Of a stretch of DNA of 64,000 nt, positions 26,201 to 38,890 are shown piece after piece (the first letter of the stretch is position 1; each line of letters begins with the position of its first letter). A model generated the notes under the pieces. The model was not told the DNA's origin and did not search any database. It saw nothing but the letters and a program-made list of their open reading frames with translations. Origin of the DNA: Saccostrea echinata (taxonomy: Eukaryota); the NCBI RefSeq assembly GCF_033153115.1, contig NW_026889785.1, positions 7,068,001 through 7,132,000 of the forward strand, read 5' to 3'. The translations under genes were made by a program, and so were the position numbers.

Positions 26201-27249
26201 TTCAAACTTGTAGGGGTACGTGTACTAGGGGAATCACCTAGATTCATCGCGTATTACGTCATCAGTTTTTGTGACGACAAGGTTTCTATGCGTTCTCTTA
26301 ACTTGTAGAGTGTCGTCTACACGTCGTAAGTACAAACTTGTATCTTTTACAACAAAAATAATCTAACTGATGAGTGGATATATTCTTGTGAAACATTAAA
26401 TAGATTTCCAAACTTTATTTGCATGCAGATTGGTAAGAAATTAACCATTTATTTGAAGTGAAGTAAATTCCTGTACACGATTATATCCTACACGTTATGA
26501 AATCTCAACTGATATATTACAAAAACGGGTACGTGTACGTGTAGTTATATAACACGTACCCGTACACGTTTTAAATCTCAACCTCTCTATTTTCACTGTT
26601 TATACATGTACACGTAGGTGTCGCTGCGCTGCAAATGAGGTCCATTACGCACTTTTCAAACTCTTTGGTTCTGTAACGTATAAATCAATATTAATTTGAT
26701 CGAAATATTATATTCAAATCAAGTTAAAAAAAAATCGCGAGAGTAAATAAGCCGACACAGAAGCCAAATTTAATCAATACAAATTACTGCGCATAGAAAG
26801 TGCGTGATAACCTAGGGAGATGGAACACAGTCCTACTCCTATAAATCAATCTAAACTAGAATACTAATTATTTGTACGAAACATTTCTCTGGGTACGAAA
26901 AACTATCTCTAATTGTCTTTCAGCATTTATGCTTGTCAGTGGTTCATGTAGTCATTTTATTGTGTTTGGTTTAGATTGACTCCTTAGTATCTTTTTGTTT
27001 TGGTTCATTTATCGATCCAGGTGTTTGAGAAAATATGGCATGTCCAGTAGACTCATGCTGTACAAGTGTGAGCATATCTGATATGCGGTTTGCTATGGCC
27101 CTTTGTAGCATTGTTTTTGTTACAAATTTGTTCGCCCTGGTGGAATTTGATTTCTCTGTCATTGGTATTTTTACGTTGACGATACACTTTAAAAACCCTG
27201 TATTAGGACGACGGATGGCTAGTGAATGTTTGAGCTGATAGCCTTAGCT

Positions 27250-27620
27250 GTTGGCTGCAGTTGGTTTCACTTGCCATTTGTTGTACTCTTGAAATGTTCT
27301 ACTTAGATATTCGTCCAAATGTTGTTTAATGTCAAGGAAATCTAAGTCAAAGGTATTCTTGCCATTGCCGAATCGTTCAAGAAAAGTCGTTTCCAGGTTC
27401 ACAAGACTGTTCTTTGCAGTTGGCACCATTGGTGGACAATGTCACTCAGGTAAAACACAAATGGCCCGGTAATGTCAGTCAAGTGAAACGCAAAGCTTTT
27501 CCAGAATTTGTCGCTCGAGAAGGCATGCAGGGTACACAACTGCATGTAAACAGTTACTTTTTCTTCCAGAGTTTTTTGAGAGATTTACGGAGACATAATC
27601 TCTCCAGTGGATAACTTCTT
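27250..27620 (-). pseudogene. Probable Gypsy gag fragment
   Basis: YMQLCTLH...FAFHLTD...LETTFLERFG...LDEYLSR. Same orientation as, and upstream of, the integrase and env remnants. Confidence 0.45.
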
Positions 27621-28810
27621 AATTTCCTGTATTGTGGTTATTTTAAAACTACGCGGCTAGGATAAGGCTGTCCGTAACATATCAAACTGTTTCAACTCTA
27701 GTAACTTCTCTAAACTACCTATATATGACGTCATAATAGCATATGACGTCAAGTCACATCATACTTGAGCTGACATGACGGGGAAAGTGTCATAACTTTT
27801 ACATTCCTTTCACATGACATGCAGGATTTCTTAGCGTTGTTGTTTGATTCAAGTGTCTGGATTGTTCTTTAAGCTTAAGTGTGCTGTTATGATGTTGAAC
27901 ATTTGCAATTTAATATCATTATTCCTTTAACTTGTCCGATATACATATATTCGAACAATAAAAAAAAACTGAATGTGAATCGCTCCGCCTTACACGTCGG
28001 TGGACTGAGTTAGAACTTATGAATCGTGTATATATTTGACTGGCACAAGTGATTAATAAGGATAAATCAAAGATATTCTGTGTTAATCTACTACAGAGGT
28101 ATATCCTCTTACTGAATTTTACTGGGGGATTGTATGTAATTTATCCTATTTTGTATAACTTGCGATAAAGAGTGGAAAATGCCCCCTTGTATGCGGGTAA
28201 GTTGAATTTCTCGTGGAATATTTTCTCAAGAAGTAAAATTCAGACTTGCCCCCAGCACTTTATATGTACCAAAGATCACGATGAAATGACTTATATGACA
28301 ATTTTTTCTCAACAATGTTTTGCACTTGTGCCGATACGATTTTTATGAACCATTTAGGAATTTATAAGTGTCCGTCACGTGATCAACAAAGTAATGTGAC
28401 ATCGCAAAAATGCATTATTATAATACCTGATTACACTCTCATCACAAGTTGACTGCAAATTCATACATAGATTACAAATTGAAATTAAAATCTAGCTTAA
28501 AATAAAATGTTTATATTTTAATGCATATTGAGCCTTCGGACAGCCGTTAGCAGTTAGGTGCGTAGTTGTTGTTAATGGGGATACTGCGGTTGATGCTGTT
28601 CTAGGACATTTCTGAACTTACGATCGTCTGATGACTGATGATTCTGGCTTGATGTTGAACGTAAACCTCTTGTCTTTTCCCTTAATTCTATAACACTCGG
28701 AATTCTAGAGTTACCGACTTGGTGTCGTTTCTGCATCACTTCCCTAATTTCTACTTTGACTTTAAAAAATCTTCAATGAGTTAAGAAATTCAGTGTAGGT
28801 AGGTTAGAGG

Positions 28811-29030
28811 GATTCGATTTCTCGTCAGCAGTGGCACCGTTTCTGACAGACTATATATCGCATGCGCAGACATCACTTCAACCTGTACCAATCGATTTTC
28901 AGAAGCTCATGCAGCAGATAAATTTGTTAGGGGCAGTCTTATCTGAAAACACTTGAAGGGTTTATCAAGTTGGTTTTAAGAGCATAGTTCAGTTGCTGCA
29001 TGCAACAAGGATTAGGTTCACTTTGGCCAC
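28811..29030 (+). mobile_element. DIRS/Ngaro fragment: end of RNase H and start of tyrosine recombinase
   Basis: DSISRQQWHRF...QPVPIDFQKLM overlaps NLLGAVLSENT*RVYQVGFKS...QGLGSLWP. Confidence 0.6.
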
Positions 29031-29812
29031 AAATATTTTTTTACTTTGACCTTCCATGTTTTTCAACTATAATTTCAAGATATTATCGTCTTTCCTTCCT
29101 ATTTGGCGATTTTCTCTAGTTGTCGGTCTGTAGACTCGATCGTCAGTTACCAGGCCAACAAAATTACCTGATATCAGTTGAGTGTTCTCTTTTTCATGAA
29201 ATTTTTCTAAGAAGTGTTTCAAAGATTATGCCCAATTTCTTAATATTCTTACAAGACATATCTATCTGCTTTTCTGATGAATCTTGCATGTTCTTCCGTT
29301 GTTTTGTATTTTATTTGTACCTTGTATTGAAGTACCCCAAACTCTCAATTATTTCTAATTCAACAGGACAATCAGCAAATTTATTTGTTTTAAGATAAAA
29401 GAAAGGTGCGTCTGGTTTCTGGCGTCGAATATGAATACTACTTACATTGTGAAAATCGAACATTAAAAAAAAAAACCATTGCACTCCTTTATTTTGGGGG
29501 CAAAAAAATGCAACCATTGTCACCCTCTGAAATATCTACCATTATGAACACTTTTCAAATGAGCTACTTTATCAAAAGAAAGGACTGACGTAGGTTCCGA
29601 TTCAATATCAGCAGTTTAGAAATCTGTTATTTTGCAGTGCAGCATTTCTTCAATGTCCGATCTTGGTAAAGGCATTTGTTACCTTTGAATTGCTTGTAGC
29701 AAGCTCTCTGGTATCTGTTGTAGATGCATGTCCAGATTTCTGTATAGAAGAGTGGTCTGTATTGTCAGATGAGATATTGTCGTGAAAAGATGTTGACAAT
29801 GATTGGGCAGGT

Positions 29813-29995
29813 GCCTGTGAGGGGGTAGGGGATGTCTGGATGGTTTCTTGAGAAGGCGCGAAGGATTGTGGGACGGAAGTCTGTGAGGGGGTAGGGGAAG
29901 TCTGGATGATTTTGTGAGAAGGTGTGGATTGTGGGACAGATGCCTGTGAGGGGGTAGGGGGAGTCTGGATTGTTTTGGTTTTGTGAGAAGGTGCT
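29813..29995. repeat. ~63-66-bp minisatellite x3 (encodes TPSQ-rich repeats on the minus strand)
   Basis: CTGTGAGGGGGTAGGGG..GTCTGGAT occurs three times. Confidence 0.85.
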
Positions 29996-30797
29996 GTTGG
30001 TTCTCCAGTAAACAGGTTGTCCTATGTGCTGGATTTCTGAAGAGAGGGATTCTCGAGGGAAGATTGCCCAGCTGTATCAGTTGTAGTTTACTCAGAAGAT
30101 ACTTTCTCTGAAATGTTCAGAACAATGAAAAAAGTACTGTAAATACACTGCAATTTTGCAGAATAACATTTTATTTTTGTTCATTTAAGTTTATTCCCAA
30201 ACTTGATTTAATTAATGGAACTTCATGTAGTACTGCACAAATAGTAATTCAAGCTATGTGGCTGTTATCAGGTTTACAAGCTAACATTCAACTGCATATG
30301 TATTTTACATTCAAGCCAAAATAGTTGATGGATTATAATAATCCATAACAGTATTTAATTAAATTGGCTTCGATAAGGTTCCTCCTATTTTTGTTTGTTT
30401 CTCTCTTTGTTTCTCTTTGAAAGCCATGTAGATAAGAAAAGTTTTCACAAGAAGTCCATGTACATTTTATGATATTTGTTAGAGATGACTTAATCTTCAA
30501 CATCAGTGCAAAAAAGGAATGCTGTTAAGCATTACATTGAATTCAAAATAAAGCATCCAGAAAGAAATTTTAACTCAGAATTTAAACCTGCAGCTATCAT
30601 GAATATTGCATTTCTTTTAAAAATTTCATTATCATAACTGCTTGCCAGTTAAATGTTTTTATTAAACATCTAGGTACTTCCTGATTATAGATCTTAAATA
30701 TAGCTAGATATTAAGTATTAAGTTAAAAATGAGACAAGTATTTAAAGGTGTGAAGTGCAATGCATTGCTATAAAAGATAATTTTACATATATCTCTC

Positions 30798-30896
30798 CTC
30801 ATTCTGTATAGAATTTTATGGGTATTACACCCCTTGCGTGATTTCTTCTCATTCTGTATAGAATTTTATGGGTATTGCTCCCCTTGCGTGATTTCT
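30798..30896. repeat. 50-bp tandem duplication
   Basis: CTCATTCTGTATAGAATTTTATGGGTATT...CCCCTTGCGTGATTTCT x2. Confidence 0.93.
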
Positions 30897-33239
30897 CCCC
30901 TCTCAAGATCAAAATGTCGGTTTCCACTGTTTTTGTTGGAAAGGCAAATCCACAATTTTTGCACACCATCACTTTTACGTAATCCTCATAAATAACAGCT
31001 GGGACATCGTCTGGGAAACTTTTTTACACTGTCTGTTAAACAAAATTTTTTATATCATAAAATGTATATATCAATTACTGCAAGTTATATATGTATGATT
31101 CACATAAATATTAGGGTTTGAGAAAAAACATTAAGGCAGAAAGAATGGGTAAATTTCATTCTTTTCAAATACTGAACAATGCAAAAAAAAAGGGGGGGGG
31201 GGATTACTAAGTACTACAGTTTGTTTTTGTCTTCTCTTTATTTACTTTATGTTGAACAGTGTGCAGTGCTTGCTTGTGTTTCTGATATGCCTTAATTTAT
31301 ATAAGAACCAAGTTGGCCCTCGTCACAATATAATTATGTATTAAAAATCAAAATAAACTATGATAATCAGGGTTTGATCTTAATATCATTGCCACCTGCT
31401 TCGAAAAAAATATAAATCAAATCATTGACTTTAGTGACAATGTTTCCGATCACATCATCTTTCACATAGTAAAAGCAAATCTTAGTAGAACACATCTTTA
31501 CAAATGACTGTACATCCCATACAACAAATAAGAAATTGAAATGAACAATGCAATGACCCTTGCAAGGTGAGTTTTGATTTCCTTAGAATTATATTATTGA
31601 TTTTTGATCTTCACTCCTTCTGATCTTTCCCTTTAAAATTTGAATTTTCTCAGCATTTCTAATATCAATTGTTGTAATATTGGACTTTGACTGTATCTGC
31701 AACTTCCTTCTTCACTTGTCCACTTTGTTCTTTAATGCCTGTAATCAAATTTGACTCTGTCATTGACATTCATGGTTGAGGGCATTATAAGACAAATACG
31801 CCAGTCAAATATTGTTCATATATCATAAACAGTTTAGAGTGCAAGAAAATCATGTCCACTTTGATGCAAAGATTTCATTTATTTTTTTCATTCCTTACAA
31901 TATTTGATGTACTTTCTTTATGATTTTGTGACCAGTTTTTAAATTGATTTTTGTATAATTTGCATTGTTTTATTAAATATGTTTACAAAAAATTGTATTG
32001 TTATAAATAGTTTTGAAATGAGAGATTCTGACTGAACCTTTCCTAAAAGCTGAATAAACATACCTTAAGGAAAGATGATACAAACATACTTTTATCAAAG
32101 ATTTTCAATTAAACTGATTTCAGCAAACAACAGTAAGTAGTCCTTAAAAGGATGCTTGTTCTGTGACAAGGGAGCCTGTGTGATGGTCTCTCTCCGCATG
32201 GCATCCACTAACCAGACCACATATCCCAGACAGTTCTCGACCATCCAAGAAAAGGTATGACCCCTATACTTTCCAAACTGAACAATGTATTGGCCCAAAA
32301 CATATTTCTCTTTTTTAACATCCCAACTATGGGACCTTACAGCCCCAAAGCCCTTGCCTTCACTTGGAATGTATTAAGTTTGGTGAACTTTCCAAACCTT
32401 TCTCGACATCTTCCTTCCTATGATACAGCAGATCACCACCTCTTGTTCGTCTTAATCGTGGCAGCATATTGTAGTTAATAATAAATATAAACTGTTTCAG
32501 ACAAATGAATTAGAATATGTTGCAGTAAAAAACAATCCTTCATTGTTGTCATGCATCTGCATTATGCTCAGTTATGTTCTGAATTCCTTAAAAAATATAC
32601 CCTTGTCAGATAATAAATTCAACGTATATATTCACATGCTTAAAATAACACATACTATTGATTCATTGAAGGGAATAATTAAGATGACTGGTGTAATATC
32701 TGGACAAGATAAACAAAAACTTATGCATATCACACGTGTTGTACATTTGTAAATAGGGGGACTTATAGACATTTATTACTTCTGTTCTTCATACATCTAA
32801 TTAAAGCCACGTGTAACTTGATGTCGGTAATCAATATTTATTTTAACATTTTATTGGCAGAAACGCTGATGTTTTTTCCAGGGGAAATCACTGTTGAAAA
32901 GATTTGATTAATGTGTATAGAATATGCATTTTCTCAAACACAAAAGTGATCAAGATTAGGATATTTAATAGTGAAACCAGAATTGTTCAATTCTGAAAAG
33001 ATATAGGTGGATACATGTTTCAAATAGCTCGTACATTTTAGCGTCGTCAAGAACCGTAAACACACTATTTATTTATCTAGGCCTTATCTTAATGTTAGAT
33101 GCAGAACATATTGGTCAACTCCAATGGAAAGGAATGTAGTCCCTATGCAAAAGCTTGTTAATATGTCACAATATTTAAGTTATGATAGTTTACCAGATTA
33201 CTGACTACCATATAGAGATGTTGACAATTGACAGTTTCT

Positions 33240-34029
33240 TCCCTGTTGTACTGTTCAAAACAGGACACCCTTCTCTCTCCAATAGGGCTAGAGGTGGGTC
33301 ACAATAAGTGATCAGATTCTTACATAGTTGTAATATACAGGAAAATATCTTTTAATGTCCTCTTCTTAAGAATAGCACGACCATAATTAGCCGTATTAAG
33401 GGGTAAACCATCCTAAGATAGTATAGATTTATGTTTGTATAAATCATGAACCTAGGGGGGTGTAAGGTGGGTCCATAATAAGAGATCAAAGTTTTACATA
33501 GGAAGTGTTACAAAGGAATATGTAGTTGAAATCTTTAAACATTTCCTCAAACACAAGAAAGTCGTGATTGCTCATATTTATATGGAAGCATCAAATTTGT
33601 GTACTTTAAGTTTGTTCAAATCTTGACTCCCTGGGGTAGAGAGGGGGCACGACAGGTAACCGGAATTTTATTATGAATATGTAAGAAAGATCATTAAAAA
33701 TCTTCTCAAGAACAACAAAACCATGATAAGTCATTAATATAGAAGCGTCCTCGAGTAGTGTAGATAAAGATTGTTCAAGTCTTGTCCTCTGGAGACAGGC
33801 TTGCAGGCCAAAATACAGGATAAAATTTTAAGGAAATAAATCTTATAAAATCATCAAATGTCAAATATGAGAGCATCGCCAGTTAGTGATGTTCAAATGA
33901 TACCCCCCCCCCCCCATTCCCTGCTCCCTTAAAAGTAGGTTTCGGAACACTTTTAAATTTAAATATTTTCAATACTGAACTACTAGCCAAAGAGCTTGGG
34001 TGAACGATGTGGCCCAAGGGTCTCTTGTC
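33240..34029 (-). mobile_element. HINE-type element with degenerate Cg170-like repeats
   Basis: Ends GGTGAACGATGTGGCCCAAGGGTCTCTTGT on the plus strand, with internal GTTTGTTCAAATC..GAC.CCCTGGGGTAG-type monomers. Confidence 0.7.
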
Positions 34030-34098
34030 TTTACAGTGAAGGGCCTTGAATCTCTTGTTTAAGATATCAACTTGAACTATTTTAATACATTTAATATT

Positions 34099-34640
34099 TT
34101 ACCTACCATATTCATGCAGTTTCTTTATTACAGCTGCAGGTGGAAGAGAGCTGTATTCCTCACCTGATGTACTCCTCAAGACTCCCAGCGTTTCCTGTTC
34201 GTTGAGTGATTGCTCCCTGATCTTAAGAAGTGTAAACTTCCGACCATATATCTCTTCCTGATTCACAACAAGCTCACCCGTGTTGTTTATTTTGTTGGTA
34301 TCAAAAACTTTTGGGGCAATACAAATACCAATATCGTAGATACCATCGTAAATTTTTTGCTGTAGGGTTTTTCTGATTTTTTTGGGTGGTATTTGATGAG
34401 GCACAGCTAGTCCACGTACTCTGAGGTACTTTCTCCTGACTCTTTGTATAATGTCCCTACCACTTACAATTTTTTGTGGATTGAATATCTGTGTATTAAT
34501 ACCATTTTCAGAAGCAAACTGCTTGAGAATTTGACCAGCATTTGAAGGAAAAATTCCTGCCTTGTTAGTAATATAGTATTTTTCCCTAATGCTGCCCAGT
34601 TCACCATTGTTTCCTTTTAATTCAAGTAGAAAAGCTTTTT
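34099..34640 (-). pseudogene. Unclassified TE-derived coding fragment
   Basis: SNAGQILKQF...GIYDIGICIAPK...IYGRKFTLLKIRE. Bounded by an intron donor and truncated. Confidence 0.35.
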
Positions 34641-34905
34641 GTCAAATGCTGCAATAGTGTCTGTATAGCCCCCTGCTGTGTCCGTATAGCCCCCATGAAT
34701 AGAGGTCTTTGTACCCACAAATATATTCGGATAGCCCTCATAAATAAAACGGGGGAGGGTCTAACTTTAAAAAGGCGGAGCAAATAAACGTCAGGGCAGT
34801 TGGAGAGGGGTATTATTAATATTTATTAATAAGTCTAAGTTAAGAATGCAAATAGTAATTTATTAAAGGAAAAGTTTTAGAAAACAAGAACGAGAAAAAA
34901 AAAAC

Positions 34906-35334
34906 ATGGTGGAATTGTATTCTGTAGATATTGGAAACAACAGAGATGTAAGAATTTTAAAAGAAGAGAGCAAAATGTCTATCGTTATACGAGAATTATC
35001 TGATAAGCAAGAAGAAAATCCAGTAGGAATTGTGTTAAGCATTCATCAGTGGAATAACTTAAATTTGTTGGTAGGATTTGCAACGGAGGCATTACATCAG
35101 CTGATAAATGAAGAAAGTGAAATAAACTTTTTTCGTCGATTAGGTGATGATACGTACATCCAAGTGTACTCGCCATACAAATGTGTAACTTTAAGAAAAT
35201 TTGTTTCAGTTCCATACTATAACCCACATCTACCGAAACCATATTGCCCCACATATAACCAGGTTAAACTCTGTCCTACTAAAGACGGTATTAGTTTACG
35301 AGTTTTAGAGTGGAATCATGAGGATCATCAATGA
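34906..35334 (+). CDS. Tandem PC4-like ssDNA-binding protein (Polinton/Maverick-associated type), probable C-terminal frameshift
   Basis: Two PC4-like units: IGNNRDV...IVIRE...GIVLSIHQWNNL and LGDDTYIQVYSPYKCVTLRKF...PTKDGISLRVLEW. The ORF is intronless. Confidence 0.7.
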   Translation: MVELYSVDIGNNRDVRILKEESKMSIVIRELSDKQEENPVGIVLSIHQWNNLNLLVGFATEALHQLINEESEINFFRRLGDDTYIQVYSPYKCVTLRKFVSVPYYNPHLPKPYCPTYNQVKLCPTKDGISLRVLEWNHEDHQ

Positions 35335-36934
35335 AATTATCAGACAGCATTCTTAAAAGTTTTGTGACAATATCTTGGATTTCATAAAAAAAACAATGTT
35401 GACAGTATCAGTATTTATCAGTTAAAATACAGGATCTTAATGGATAAAGAAAGAAATATACACGGACAGACATATGAAGAACAAAAATAGGAATTATATT
35501 TCGATTTTAATAGACGGAAAGGTTAAAGATTTCAAGATGGAATTCATCAGAACGTTCAGTTGTTTTAACAAGAAAATCAAAAACTAATAAATTGAAAGAA
35601 AGTAATGACTTAATATTTTTTTTCATTCAAATTGGGATTTGATGCAATAGTTTTTATATAATGAATATGGTCTCAAAATGTATATTACAAACAAGTAATA
35701 CATTTCGTGTATCAAAACGTATTTGACAAACAATGAAACTTTGTTCATGGTATATATATGAATAAATAAGTAGGTGTTTCAATAAAAGGTTCACACCTTA
35801 GTTTGTACATATAAAGGAAAAATAAAACAGTCAATCAAATACGGGTGAATAGCGATAGATATATAAATAAAAATCGAAGGGTATGTTTGACTTTCAAAAA
35901 AAGTTGCAAATGAAGGAGAGAAAAAAGGAAAGGAGGTGGTGTTCTCTGTAAGCAGATTGGATTATAAAGGATGCCTTGCACAGGTGGCAGATTACGGCGT
36001 CATATAACAGGCGTTGATAAAGGCTGTGACGTCTACCATCACAACATATAAACATCTACTGTCTTTCCTCTGTTGTATCTTTTAATTCCTCCGTGGATAC
36101 CAATTTGCCGAAGAACCAAAGCTACTGTTTCGTTGTTGTCGGGGTTGACGAAGGTCGGCATCCCTTCAGTAACATCAGCTGCGGACGTGTGATTAGTTGG
36201 CACACATGAATATCGCTAACTTGATTCGCCTGTGTTTTCCATTTGACCTTCTACATTTTGTGCACAGCTTTTAGAATTGTTTTGCTTAGAACCCGACGGT
36301 GCTGTTCTTTTCTTCCTTATGCTTCTTTCAAACCTTCTCGTTTTGACAGCCTGTGCAGATTAGTTTTTGTCTTGCATTTTCAGATCTTCATTAAGTGCAG
36401 ATCAGATCAAAACACCCTTCATTCTTCCCTCTATGTGGATTGTTTCATTTGTGTTGTCAGTGAATTGGCTTGAATCGGAAAACTTTTAAAATAACTGTGT
36501 ATAGTGCATTTTGTATGAAATGTTGGAAGTTAATAGTGAATTTGTTCTAGTTTTTCGTAATCAGGTGATGCTTGGTCTAGGATTTCTTTTTCAAACGTTT
36601 GTTTTTCATGCAGTATTTCTTCTCTGACATGATTCATTTGATGTTACATGCCGTATTCTGAAATCGAAATATTGACTGGAAAACAGTCGGAAGGTTTTAG
36701 ATCTTCCCACATTTGCAATCTGTCAGGTGTCTCGGTGTTTTCTGAGGTTGACAAGGGAACAAATACTTGGATAATGCTAATTAAAGATCGAGGTTTTTGG
36801 TGTTGACCAATATCCTTTTCTAACCGATAACTTGTTTGTTGTCAAAACCAGCAATGACGGATCTAGACGGGCATTTAGGAATCGACGATCCAGACTTGGG
36901 ATACTATCCAGCTTGATAATGAGGAATAAGAACC

Positions 36935-37313
36935 CACTCGGAGATGATTTGCTCAGCATATCAACAACCTGTCTACTGCTTGATTTAGTGTAGATATTTA
37001 ATGACAGCAGGAAGGACATAGGAGCAACCAGTGTTTGAAAACGGAGTGAATAAATCTGTTCTATTGTCCTCCAAAAAGTAATTCTGTCTTGCCCTGTCTA
37101 AGTTTTAATATTAAAGACAGTCAATGCGTTGATAAATCTAACTAATGTTTTGTTTCTTTGTGTTGTATAAGAATTACTTTTGAAATTTAGTAGCTCAGAA
37201 TGACTTAGATATTCTTTTGACACTCCTACGATGTCTTCCCCTATGTTTTTCTCTTCTCTATTTCCTAGATAAAATGCCAAATTTGAAATCTCTTTCGAAA
37301 TTGATGATTCCAA
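36935..37313 (-). pseudogene. Unclassified TE-derived coding fragment
   Basis: One reading frame with a single stop: RNKTLVRFINAL...IEQIYSLRFQTLVAPMSFLLSLNIYTKSSSRQVVDMLSKSSPSG. Confidence 0.35.
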
Positions 37314-37470
37314 TACAGAAAAAAGTCCTTTTTTAGGTCACCTCAGTCACTCAGGTGACCTATTGCTATATGTTTTCGTCCGTCAGTAGTATAGCCGACA
37401 TATGGGGGGGGGGGGGGGGTTAAACAATGGGTCTATTGTTGAGAGAACAATGGGAAGGACAATGGGGGAA

Positions 37471-37667
37471 CAATGGAGCAAGGTCATGGATGACCTCTTG
37501 GTGACCTAGAGGAGACATTACCGTGACCGAGATCAATGGAGCAAGGTCATGGATAACCTCTTAGTGACCTGGATGAGACATTACCGTGACCGAGATCAAT
37601 GGAGCAAGGTCATGGATAACCTCTTAGTGACCTGGAGGAGACGTCACCGTGACCGAGAACAATGGAG
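37471..37667. repeat. 63-bp minisatellite x3
   Basis: CAATGGAGCAAGGTCATGGAT at 37471, 37534 and 37597. Confidence 0.93.
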
Positions 37668-38564
37668 GGAGGCCGTGAATAAATATATATATAAGCTGTC
37701 ACTTAGAGTTCATCAAAATACTGAAGTAGATATAATGATATCCTTATCTAATTCATGAAGAACATCATAATCAATGAAGTAGATTCTTTTACACACAACG
37801 AATACCCTTTGTACTTTTAATACCCCCTCGTAATTTATCCATGCATGAAGACATCTCTGTGCCCGTCACGACAATATGGGGGGAAGATAGCTTAAAATTT
37901 ATTAACTGTCGCATAGAATACCTTAAAATACATGAAGACATCTCCGTGTCCGTCACGATAATATATAGGGGTAAGGAATACTAAAGTAGATTTAATGATA
38001 CCCTTATCTGATTCATGGATTCCTGTGTATTAGCTTCAAAATATATTAACTGTCGCAAAGAGTACATTAAAATACATGAATACATCTCCGTTACGATAAT
38101 AAGGGGAAGAAAGGGTGAGATTTATTATGATTTATTTACTTATATGTAAGGAAGGGTGAGAACAATAGAATACGATCATGGATTGTACATAAAGTACATG
38201 GTATAGATTTAAATATAAGCCGTCACATAGAGTACTTTAAAATACTGAAGTAAATTTAATGATACCTTCGTCTAATTCATGCTGCGTATTAGCCATATTC
38301 TTCACGCAGCAGTTATCAAACACGACAGTGCCTAAATTGGTACCTTTAACAGTATTAGAGAGAGCATACTCGTAATGGGCTAAACATGAAGATATTTACA
38401 AAGAGTGGATAGATTTAATGCTAACATGTATCATGAATCTATGTGCATTAATCATAGCCGATCTCCTCTCTTTAAAAAAATACACATGCAGATAAATTCC
38501 AAGCATCGACATGGTTTGTCACTTCTTTTCAATGAAACCCTTTACATAAATAAACTGATTTAAA

Positions 38565-38890
38565 AAAAAAATACATGTTTTCTAACAATCAAATAAAGCC
38601 CAAACATCGACATGTTTTGTCACTATACTCAAAGTTTATCTTTTCGATGAAACCCTTTACATGAATAAACTGATTGTTTAAAATTCGGACATACTGAAGT
38701 TCGGATGTTAAATGACTGATTACAACTTGTGTATCTTTTTAAAAAATACACGTTTTCTAACAATCAAATAAAGCCCAAACATCGGCATGTTTTGTCTAAG
38801 ATACTCAAAGTTTATCTTTTCAATAAAACCCTTTACATGAATAAACGGATTGTTTTGAAATCTCTGGCATACCGAAGTTCGGATGTTAGG
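38565..38890. repeat. ~176-bp tandem duplication
   Basis: TTTTCTAACAATCAAATAAAGCCCAAACATCG...AAACCCTTTACATGAATAAAC occurs twice. Confidence 0.85.

Larger units (their letters stand above)
29600..32460 (-). pseudogene. Multi-exon unclassified DNA-transposon gene, N-terminal part
   Basis: Exon LGQYIVQFGKYRGHTFSWMVENCLGYVVWLV, several GT-AG bounded exons, and an S/P/T/Q-rich exon. Confidence 0.45.

Noticed and set aside
27650-28100. 5' LTR/PBS of the env-bearing Gypsy element
   Set aside because: Some LTR-like words are present (CCGTAACA, AATAAA), but there is no second copy, PBS or TSD to support boundaries.
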